Assembly: GCA_000999025.1 (NCBI GenBank)
Contig: LCFM01000005.1
Span: 7,087-71,086 of the forward strand
Direction: 5' to 3'
Length of the DNA stretch: 64,000 bases
Origin: Parcubacteria group bacterium GW2011_GWA2_43_13
GTDB taxonomy: Bacteria; Patescibacteriota; Patescibacteriia; UBA9629; GWA2-43-13
The notes beneath the pieces were generated by a model, which saw only the letters and a list, made by a program, of their open reading frames with translations, was not told the origin of the DNA and did no database searches. The position numbers and the translations under genes are program-made. Position 1 is the stretch's first letter. Each line of letters opens with the position of its first letter. Shown piece after piece: positions 9,900-18,048 of the stretch.

Positions 9900-10370
9900 A
9901 TGTTTCAATTGTTACACGCTACACACTATAAGCTACAAAACAAGAGAGGTTTTACGTTAATAGAAATCATACTTTCCATAGCTACGATTGGAATTATTGC
10001 CGGTATTTCTATGCCTCTGTATGGCTCATTTCAGGTTCGAAATGATCTTGATATTGCCGTTTCCTCCATCGCCCAATCATCGCGTCGAGCGCAAGCGCTT
10101 TCTCAGGCGGTTGATGGCGATACAAGTTGGGGTGTGAATATCCAAAGCGGGAGTATGACAGTTTTTAAAGGGGCAAGTTACGCCGTCCGCGATAGCAGTT
10201 TTGACGAAATAGTTGATGTGCCAACAAGTATTTCGCCCTCAGGTATGTCGGAAGTGATTTTTACAAAATTGACAGGCCTCCCTCAAACCACCGGCACATT
10301 TACTCTTACTTCAAATGCCAATGAAACGAGAACAATTACAATCAACGCGAAAGGCATGGTCAGCTATTAG
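9900..10370 (+). CDS. prepilin-type minor pilin (pseudopilin)
   Basis: Class III signal ...KRGFTLIEIILSIATIGIIAGI with Gly-1 and Glu+5. Confidence 0.75.
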   Translation: MFQLLHATHYKLQNKRGFTLIEIILSIATIGIIAGISMPLYGSFQVRNDLDIAVSSIAQSSRRAQALSQAVDGDTSWGVNIQSGSMTVFKGASYAVRDSSFDEIVDVPTSISPSGMSEVIFTKLTGLPQTTGTFTLTSNANETRTITINAKGMVSY

Positions 10371-11790
10371 GGTGCATTCATTTACTTCGGGCTTCTATAG
10401 AGGGTTCTCTTTGGTAGAGGTGATCCTCTCCAGTGCGGTTTTTGTATTGTTGATCACCGCGCTTGTTGGTGCGTATTTGTATGGGCAGGAAGCAACAGTA
10501 TTTGCCGGTAATCGCGCTCGATCAGTCATGCTGGCTGAAGAAGGATTAGAAGCTGTGCGCAATATCCGTGATGCCGGCTTTTCAAACCTTACTGGTGGAA
10601 TATTTGGGTTGATTATCTCTGATAATCAATGGGATCTATCCGGATCCTCAGATGTGAGCGATATATTTACGCGGCAATTAGTGATTTCTGCCGTTGATAC
10701 AGGACGTATACATGCCACGTCAAACGTAACGTGGCAACAAAATCCACAGAGGAATGGCGAGGTTTCATTGATAACGAGATTTAGCGATTGGGCAAGAAAT
10801 TTTGGCAACTGGGGCGTGGCAACGCAAGAGGCAACGCTTGATTTATCTACAACTGATAACGGTAATGAGATAGCTCTGTATACAACAGGGTCTGCAACAT
10901 ATGCGATTGTGGTAAGAACGCGCGGATTAGCATCTGAATTGTACGTTATAGATGTTTCTATTCCTGCAAGTCCTGTAGTGGTCAGCAATGTAGAAATAGG
11001 AGCAACGGTAAATGATGTTGCGGTATGTGGGAACTACGCAGTCGTAGCTACTGTGGCCAATTCAGGCGAATTGCAAGTTATTAATTTAACCACACCAAGC
11101 GCTCCTTTGATTGCGAGCGTTTTTAACCTTACCGGTGGGGCTAACGCGCTTTCGGTTGTCTGTACAGGCACAACCGTATTTCTTGGTCGGGCCGCGAGCG
11201 CGCAGTATGAACTTTATGCAATCACTATTGCCGACCCTCTTGCACCGAGTATTCTTTCTTCGCTTGAATTAGGAACTAATGCGGATGCGGCTAAAGTTGT
11301 TCTTGCCCAGAACGGTCAGTATCTTTATATCGCTTCGCCTGTGAATTCGGGTGAATTGTTTATCGTCTCGACCAGTAGCCCGTCGAGTATTTTTCTTACA
11401 AGCACGTTTGATGCTTCAGGCGGGTCTGACGGCACTGCGGTAACGGCATTTTCAACGTACGCAGTACTTGGCAGAGCTGATGGAAATATTCTTGTTATAG
11501 ACGTTTCCATTCCTGCTGGCCCCACTCTTATTAGCAGTGCTTTAGATATTGGGGGTAATATTCAAGACATGGCAATGGGTATTGGCGATTCTTCTGTGTT
11601 CATTGCGAGTAATACCGCCGACACGCCGACATTTATTATTGATGTCATTACGCCGGCATCCCCGGCGATTTTGGGATCAGTCGCTTATGGAGAGGATACA
11701 AAAGGAATCGTGTGGGATTATAATCTGAACCGCGCTTTTATCGCCGGAACCTCTAATACTGCCGAATTTGCGGTTTTAACATCGAATTAA
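10315..11790 (+). CDS. pseudopilin with C-terminal LVIVD-type beta-propeller repeat domain (putative pilus-associated adhesin)
   Basis: N-terminus ...YRGFSLVEVILSSAVFVLLITALVGA is a prepilin signal. A more likely start is the GTG at 10372, directly after the previous stop. The C-terminal approximately 330 aa are about 7 repeats of an approximately 45-aa unit containing (L/V)(Y/V)VIDVSIPASP-like motifs. Confidence 0.7.
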   Translation: MPMKREQLQSTRKAWSAIRVHSFTSGFYRGFSLVEVILSSAVFVLLITALVGAYLYGQEATVFAGNRARSVMLAEEGLEAVRNIRDAGFSNLTGGIFGLIISDNQWDLSGSSDVSDIFTRQLVISAVDTGRIHATSNVTWQQNPQRNGEVSLITRFSDWARNFGNWGVATQEATLDLSTTDNGNEIALYTTGSATYAIVVRTRGLASELYVIDVSIPASPVVVSNVEIGATVNDVAVCGNYAVVATVANSGELQVINLTTPSAPLIASVFNLTGGANALSVVCTGTTVFLGRAASAQYELYAITIADPLAPSILSSLELGTNADAAKVVLAQNGQYLYIASPVNSGELFIVSTSSPSSIFLTSTFDASGGSDGTAVTAFSTYAVLGRADGNILVIDVSIPAGPTLISSALDIGGNIQDMAMGIGDSSVFIASNTADTPTFIIDVITPASPAILGSVAYGEDTKGIVWDYNLNRAFIAGTSNTAEFAVLTSN

Positions 11791-11794
11791 TGCT

Positions 11795-12322
11795 ATGAGG
11801 ACTGTTGCTGAATACCATAAAAAATTATCACAATCAGGTTTTACACTCATAGAACTTCTTCTTTACATCAGTATTACTTCCATCATTCTTCTTGCTGTTT
11901 CGGCTTTTCTTTCCGTACTGTTAGAATCCCGCATCAAAAATCAAACCATTGCCGAGGTTGAACAGCAGGGTTTGCACATCATGAACATCATTACTCAAGT
12001 CGCGCGAAATGCAGAGGCAATCACGGGGCCTTTACCAAGTGCGAGTGCTCCATTTTTGACACTCGATGTTGCTGTGAGTGCGAATGATCCGACTGTTTTT
12101 GACCTTTCTGGCGGGACTATTCGCATTACCGAAGGAGTTGGGAGCGCAGCGTCACTGACTAACGCGCGTGTCATTGCTTCTGCTTTTAATATTCAAAATT
12201 TATCTCGGCCACGTACTCCAGGCACTATTCGTATTCAATTCACGCTCACGCATGTAAACCCTGAAGGCAGGAATGAATACAATGTTTCAAAGACATTTAT
12301 CGGATCGGCAACTCTACGATAA
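11795..12322 (+). CDS. prepilin-type minor pilin (pseudopilin)
   Basis: SQSGFTLIELLLYISITSIILLAV class III signal. Confidence 0.75.
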   Translation: MRTVAEYHKKLSQSGFTLIELLLYISITSIILLAVSAFLSVLLESRIKNQTIAEVEQQGLHIMNIITQVARNAEAITGPLPSASAPFLTLDVAVSANDPTVFDLSGGTIRITEGVGSAASLTNARVIASAFNIQNLSRPRTPGTIRIQFTLTHVNPEGRNEYNVSKTFIGSATLR

Positions 12323-12371
12323 CCACAACGTGCGGAGCGAGTGTAGAACTGCAAATGAAAGGACTACTATT

Positions 12372-12809
12372 ATGAATTGGCAAATTATAAACTGCACACA
12401 GCGCATCCCATTATGGGACACTCGTCATGGTGGGTATATCACCTTGGTGAGTGTTTTAGTTGTCGGCGCTGTCGGGGTCGCTATCTCAACCTCTCTTCTG
12501 TTGCTCGGACTTGGGTCATCGCGAACAAGTTTTGCGGTTGAACAATCAAGCCAAGCAAAGGCACTTGCCAATGCGTGTTCTGAAGAGGCGCTGAAACAAA
12601 TCAGGATGTCTGCGCCATTTACCGGAAGTGGCAATGTTGTGCTTGGCAAAGGTGCATGTAGTTATACGGTTACAATTCAAGGAGGACATAATCGCATCAT
12701 TACCGCAGTAGGCACAGTAGGCACTATCGTAAGAAAAGTAAAAATTATTATAGACCAGATTGTTCCAGCTATTCAGGTTGTATCATGGCAGGAGGTTGCT
12801 GATTTTTAA
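12372..12809 (+). CDS. PilX-like minor pilin / pilus assembly protein
   Basis: Start moved to ATG 12372 (MNWQ...). Hydrophobic N-terminal helix HGGYITLVSVLVVGAVGVAIS resembles PilX-type pseudopilins that lack Glu+5. Confidence 0.5.
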   Translation: MNWQIINCTQRIPLWDTRHGGYITLVSVLVVGAVGVAISTSLLLLGLGSSRTSFAVEQSSQAKALANACSEEALKQIRMSAPFTGSGNVVLGKGACSYTVTIQGGHNRIITAVGTVGTIVRKVKIIIDQIVPAIQVVSWQEVADF

Positions 12810-12863
12810 AAAAATAAAAATGTGATATACTATCAATGGTGGTTAATTAACAAGAGGTATCTT

Positions 12864-13328
12864 ATGAGATATATACATGCTGTACATTACAAGGATCAAC
12901 CCGATAAAGGGTTCACTTTATTAGAAATTCTTTTAGTGGTTGCCGCTATCGCGATATTGGCCGGCATTGTTATTTTAGCGATCAATCCTAACAAGCAACT
13001 TGGTGACACCCGCAATGCCCAACGCCGAGCAGATGTGAATACTATTTTGAACGCTGTATATCAATATACAATTGATAATAATGGAACGCTTCCTACTTCA
13101 ATTACTACTTCGCAGACAGAAGTTTGCAAAACAGGCGGCACATGTACCGGGCTGATTGACTTAGGTGTTGTGACAACAGATGAAAAATATCTTATTTCAA
13201 TTCCAACCGATCCGACCGGATCTTCTACGAATGGCGCTGGGTATGAAATTAAAAAGAGCGCTAATGGGCGCGTGACAGTCGTTGCGCCGGATGCTGAACA
13301 AAGTGCGACAATTACGGTAACGCGGTAG
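12864..13328 (+). CDS. type IV major pilin (PilA-like)
   Basis: Start moved to ATG 12864. [26 protein letters not shown] class III signal. Small (154 aa). Last gene of the cluster and followed by a strong terminator. Confidence 0.75.
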   Translation: MRYIHAVHYKDQPDKGFTLLEILLVVAAIAILAGIVILAINPNKQLGDTRNAQRRADVNTILNAVYQYTIDNNGTLPTSITTSQTEVCKTGGTCTGLIDLGVVTTDEKYLISIPTDPTGSSTNGAGYEIKKSANGRVTVVAPDAEQSATITVTR

Positions 13329-13367
13329 GGGACAGAACCGAAAATGATTTTTATAGAATATCAAAAA

Positions 13368-13402
13368 ATCACCATACCATGGTGATTTTTTGATATTGAA
13401 CT
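13368..13402. terminator. bidirectional rho-independent terminator (end of pilin operon and of the convergent 16S rRNA)
   Basis: AAAAAATCACCAT-ACC-ATGGTGATTTTTT hairpin with flanking A/T runs. Confidence 0.6.
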
Positions 13403-13628
13403 CTGAAATGTAATAGCCAACTCTCGTTTCAATCTATCCGTTTCATAAAGAAACGGATTCGACCATATCCATATTGCTATGGCATATCTCCCTAGAAAGG
13501 AGGTGATCCATCCACAGCTTCCGCTACGGATGCCTTGTTACGACTTCGTCCCTGTTACCGGTCTTACCTTGTCCCCTGCAAACGCAGGGTCTTCGGGTAC
13601 TACCGGCTCCCTTGACGTGACGGGCGGT

Positions 13629-14483
13629 GATCGCGATATGTAACCTTCATTCGCACCCCACTGGACATGCGCTTCTCGCGCATCCAGCGAGTCCTTATAC
13701 ATTGATACTCTCCTTAAGGCGTTGGATTTTTTTACATCCATTATCAGTAAGATGTTGTTTATCGGCGATGAGAAAGGCGGCTTTACGAAAAAGAAGATAA
13801 TCTTTCCGTTTTTTTGCCTGTAGGGGATGCTTGTCAAAGAATGGAATAATATGTTCAACGATATCTTTAATATTTGAAACCTTTAGTTTGACGTGAGGTT
13901 TCCATTGAGCATATCGTTGATACTCCAATCTATAGAGATTTCCGCATCCTAATGTTTTTTGTATCGCTTGTAACACAGCACGATCATCTTCTTTGACTTC
14001 TATTTCAAAGAGGAGACGGACTTCTGATTTTCGGCGAAGTGTTTTGTGTTTGGCAATACTGATACAAAAACATCCTTCTCCATCTACGAACCCAACAATA
14101 TAATCAGGAGAAATGTGTAAGGTTTGTTCCTTCGTTTTTGGCATACTTATAAAGTATACCTCAAAACTACTATGAACGCAGCTGACTTCCTTTTAACCCA
14201 TCATTGGTTAACACGTTAAAAGGATCTCCCTGGGTTAGTGTATGAGCTATTTCCGACATTCCAAACGGGTTTTTAATGCTTACTTCCCATAGGTACACGC
14301 TATGATCGTAAACACCCTTATCGTGTTTGGGCTGTCATTTGTGTATAGAACCCTTCAGACATTCCCTTACGGGATATGTCCTGTTCGCAACTATTCCGCA
14401 CTCACTTTGGGGAATACCCCAAAGTGAGTGCGGGACAAGGATTTTCACCTTGTAGTTCATACGCCTGCCAGGCGCATTTAATT
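13629..14483 (-). mobile_element. intron in 16S rRNA (group-I-like) carrying a homing endonuclease gene, inserted between GGGCGGTG and TGTACAAG (E. coli approximately 1391)
   Basis: Conserved 16S sequence stops at 13628 and resumes at 14484. The intervening 855 bp contain the LAGLIDADG ORF. Confidence 0.8.
13695..14144 (-). CDS. LAGLIDADG-family homing endonuclease (single-motif)
   Basis: 149 aa. DYIVGFVDGEGCF motif (LAGLIDADG variant) near the N-terminus. Located wholly inside the 16S intron. Confidence 0.8.
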   Translation of the reverse strand: MPKTKEQTLHISPDYIVGFVDGEGCFCISIAKHKTLRRKSEVRLLFEIEVKEDDRAVLQAIQKTLGCGNLYRLEYQRYAQWKPHVKLKVSNIKDIVEHIIPFFDKHPLQAKKRKDYLLFRKAAFLIADKQHLTDNGCKKIQRLKESINV

Positions 14484-14546
14484 TGTACAAGACCCGAGAA
14501 CGTATTCAACGCGCCGTGGCTGATACGCGTTTACTAGCGATTCCGG

Positions 14547-14585
<39 letters not shown>

Positions 14586-14790
14586 GGTAGTTTTAAGGGA
14601 TTAGCTCCACCTCGCGGTTTGGCAACCCGTTGTACTACCCATTGTAGCGCGTGTGTCGCCCAGGACGTAAGAGCCATGCTGATTTGACGTCATCCCCACC
14701 TTCCTCCCTGTTAACCAGGGCGGTCTATTGTGGAAAGTAACACAATATAGGGGTTGCGCTCGTTTTCCGACTTAACGGTACACTTCACAG

Positions 14791-14821
<31 letters not shown>

Positions 14822-14915
14822 ATAGCACCCTCGAAGGCTTCCCGATTTCTCGGGATATGCAGCTATATGTCAAGCCCTGGTAAGGTTCCTCGCTTATCAT
14901 CGAATTAAACCACAC

Positions 14916-14985
<70 letters not shown>

Positions 14986-15793
14986 GGTACTTAACGCGTT
15001 AGCTTGGTTATAAGCACCTCTGGGAGGGTCGATACTCCCAAAAGCTAGTACCCATCGTTTACAGCGTGGACTACTGGGGTATCTAATCCCATTCGCTCCC
15101 CACGCTTTCGTCCATGAGTGTCAGAACTGTTCTAGCAAGCTGCCTTCGCCTTTGGTGTTCCGGCTGATATTAACGCATTTTACCGCTACACCAGCCGTTC
15201 CGCTTGCCTCTCCCAGTCTCGAGTTTGTCAGTTTTCCCCGCACTCTTATGGTTGAGCCACAAGATTTAACGAGAAACTTGACAAACAACCTGCGGACGCT
15301 TTACGCCCAATAAATCCGGATAACGCTTGAGGTCTCTGTATTACCGCTGCTGCTGGCACAGAGTTAGCAACCTCTTATTCGTAAGATACCTTCAGCCGAA
15401 GCTTATTCTCTTACAAAAGCCGTTTACAACCCGAAGGCCTTCTTCCGGCACGCGGCATTGCTCCTTCACGCTTTCGCGCATTGAGGAAGATTCTCGACTG
15501 CAGCCTCCCGTAGGAGTCTGGGCAGTTCTCAGTCCCAGTGAGGCGGGTCATGCTCTCACACCCGCTATCCGTCAGAGCCTTGGTGAGCTTTTACCTCACC
15601 AACAAGCTGATGGACCATAGGCCCCTCCTTTACCGCCGAAGCTTTCTTTTTCTTTCATATGAAAGAAAAACGTATGCGGTATTAGCCCGCCTTTCGGCAG
15701 GTTATTCCCCAGTAAAGGGTAGGTTACCAGTGTGTTACTCACCCGTTTGCCACTTGGCCTTGCGGCCACGTTCGACTTGCATGCCTAAGACAT

Positions 15794-15830
<37 letters not shown>

Positions 15831-16007
15831 ATAAAAGATTGTGATGCTTTTGTACACTATAGGCGCACCACGAACCTGAAAAATGTTGTATTTGGAATTG
15901 ACGTTGAGTTGGTCTATTACATTTCAGTTTTCAATGAACCGATACTCTTTTAACTAAAAACACAGAGGTCTTCTGTGCGTGATTTTTAGCTATGTTAAGA
16001 GCAGTAC

Positions 16008-16036
16008 CAATGATAGGGGATAGTACTATGGTTGTC
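16008..16036 (-). promoter_or_regulatory. candidate sigma-70 promoter for the 16S rRNA gene
   Basis: Minus strand reads TTGACA-17 nt-TATCAT about 170 nt upstream of the 16S 5-prime end. Overlaps the 3-prime end of trmD. Confidence 0.3.
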
Positions 16037-16841
16037 AAGCCCTTGTTGCGTGCTCATTTCTCCATTTTTTTATTTCCGCATGATTGCCGGAGAGTAATAT
16101 ATCAGGCGTGTGCCATTTTATGTCTTGGATAGGGGAGAACGTCGCGGGCTTGGTGTATTGGGGGTACTCCACAGCACTTCTCCGCCCATTGGAGGATTCG
16201 GCCGTGGCAAGCTTTACGCTGTGGCTTTCTTCTTGGAGTGATTCTTCGTTGCCAAGGACGCCTGGGATGAGGCGGGCAATAGCTTCAGTTATCACTAAAG
16301 CTGGCAGTTCGCCACCGGATAATACATACGGACCAATTGAGTATTCATCATCAACCATATGATCCGCGACGCGCTGATCTACGCCTTCGTAGCGACCGCA
16401 GATAAGGACGATTGACTGTTTTTCAGTTATCAGTTGTCGGTTGTCAGTTTTCAAATTTTTTATGGTATTGGTTCGCGTGAGATTTTGCGCGTCTGTTTGC
16501 GTGAATTGTTTGCCACGAGGTGTCATCAGTAATATAGGGGAATCGTCAACATGAAAAACAGACGATGGATGGTTTTGGGTATTTTTTTCAATATTAAAAT
16601 CAGGGAATTGGTTTTTACGCAGTGCGAGTAGGCAGTTATACATCGGTCCCAGTTTCATGACCATACCTGGTCCGCCACCTGTTGGAGTATCATCTGTTGT
16701 TTTGTGTTTATCAGTCGCGAATGCTCTGATATCATGAGTAATAATGTTAATACTCCCCGCATCTTGCGCGCGTTTTAAAATGGTCTCATGAATGTATGAG
16801 TCAAAAATTTTTGGGAAAATTGTGAGGATGTGGAATTGCAT
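16035..16841 (-). CDS. trmD: tRNA (guanine37-N1)-methyltransferase TrmD
   Basis: MQFHILTIFPKIFDSY... N-terminus and SPOUT knot motifs (ICGRYEGVDQRV, GGELPALVITEAIARLIPGVLG). Start moved to ATG 16841. Carries a family-D repeat insertion. Confidence 0.85.
   Translation of the reverse strand: MQFHILTIFPKIFDSYIHETILKRAQDAGSINIITHDIRAFATDKHKTTDDTPTGGGPGMVMKLGPMYNCLLALRKNQFPDFNIEKNTQNHPSSVFHVDDSPILLMTPRGKQFTQTDAQNLTRTNTIKNLKTDNRQLITEKQSIVLICGRYEGVDQRVADHMVDDEYSIGPYVLSGGELPALVITEAIARLIPGVLGNEESLQEESHSVKLATAESSNGRRSAVEYPQYTKPATFSPIQDIKWHTPDILLSGNHAEIKKWRNEHATRA
16414..16465. repeat. family-D heptamer array inside trmD
   Basis: TTTTTCAGTTATCAGTTGTCGGTTGTCAGTTTTCAAATTTT. In frame, translated as KNLKTDNRQLITEKQ. 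Confidence 0.55.
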
Positions 16842-16850
16842 ACGCAAATA

Positions 16851-16926
16851 TCGGTTTTCAGTCGTCAAATTTTAAATTTTAAAGGCGAAGCAATGTGAAA
16901 TTTGACAACTGATATTTGAGTTACCA
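16851..16926. repeat. family-D inverted pair in the trmD-KH intergenic region
   Basis: TTTTCAGTCGTCAAATTT ... AAATTTGACAACTGATA arms in inverted orientation. Confidence 0.5.
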
Positions 16927-16975
16927 GAAACCCCGCACAATGGCGGGGTCTGGTTTTTTCAAGAACGCTATAAAG

Positions 16976-17296
16976 TTATATTTTCAAGTCATCAACCGCG
17001 CTGGTATCAACGTCCTCGTTATCATTTGTTTCCCGCGGCAGGCGACCGCCTTCCGGTTCAACGATTTTGAGGTTCACGCGCGCATTGTTTTTTGCGCCCA
17101 CTACTCTTAAAAGAGTACGGATGGCGCGTGCAGTTTGACCTTGTCGGCCGATGATTTGGCCCATATCCTGTGGGTCTACTTTGAGAGTCAAGAGAACTCC
17201 CATTTCATCAACAGTGCGAGTGGTTTCAACCTTTTCAGGGTGGTCAACCAACGCTTTGACAACGGTGTCTAAGAATTGCTGATCTTGGTCTGCCAT
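16976..17296 (-). CDS. KH-domain RNA-binding protein (YlqC-like) of the rpsP operon
   Basis: LTLKVDPQDMGQIIGRQGQTARAIRTLL KH motif (GXXG loop). Synteny with rpsP and trmD. Confidence 0.75.
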   Translation of the reverse strand: MADQDQQFLDTVVKALVDHPEKVETTRTVDEMGVLLTLKVDPQDMGQIIGRQGQTARAIRTLLRVVGAKNNARVNLKIVEPEGGRLPRETNDNEDVDTSAVDDLKI

Positions 17297-17627
17297 TCAG
17301 TTCGTGTGATCACGCATGTCACGCATCCTTTAGAGAGATGAGTTTCTTCCTGATAAGGGGAGCAACATGTTTGATCAGTATAAATTGTAAACAGTATCGT
17401 AACAGTTCGGATCGACATTTCCTACTGTGTTACACATAGAGACATCGTACTCCAGAATCGTACTCAATAACTTGTTAAAATCGTGCCTGGCTTGTTTTTC
17501 GCTTCAGGAAATTTTCGCCGTATCATTGGATACGGCTCAAATCCCCCTTGTTCCAAAACTGCGCCAGACACAGTTTTCCCTGCGTTCTCAGTCCGATTAT
17601 AGAGTGCGATGTCTCTATAATAGTATA

Positions 17628-17930
17628 TCATGATTGCGCTGGAGCGTCAATTTGTTTTTTGTACGCTGGGGTCACTTTTCTTTTCTCTCCTTTGATAATG
17701 CCAGCATTTACTAAGATATTATGCACAGAGCCAGTAGGTTGCGCGCCTTGAGAGAGCCAGTACTCAATGCGTTCTTTTTTTAATACAAGGGTGTCTTGTT
17801 TTTTGCGCGGATCGAAGTGCCCAAGTATTTCTTTTGCCACACTTTGCGGGTTGCGTGTTTTGTCTATCGCAATGATGCGGAAGTGAGGGGTTTTGTGCCG
17901 TCCCACGCGTTGGAGCTTGAGTGCTACCAT
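17628..17930 (-). CDS. rpsP: 30S ribosomal protein S16
   Basis: MVALKLQRVGRHKTPHFRIIAIDKTRN is the conserved bS16 N-terminus. Confidence 0.9.
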   Translation of the reverse strand: MVALKLQRVGRHKTPHFRIIAIDKTRNPQSVAKEILGHFDPRKKQDTLVLKKERIEYWLSQGAQPTGSVHNILVNAGIIKGEKRKVTPAYKKQIDAPAQS

Positions 17931-18048
17931 ACATGTATAAGGTATTCTCTTTCATAAGACCGAACGGTCGAAGTTGCATCCGTGTCAATTACAAAAGGGA
18001 ATATTATGTTACTAAATGAACGTACGATACCCATTCTTGGGTGTTTTG

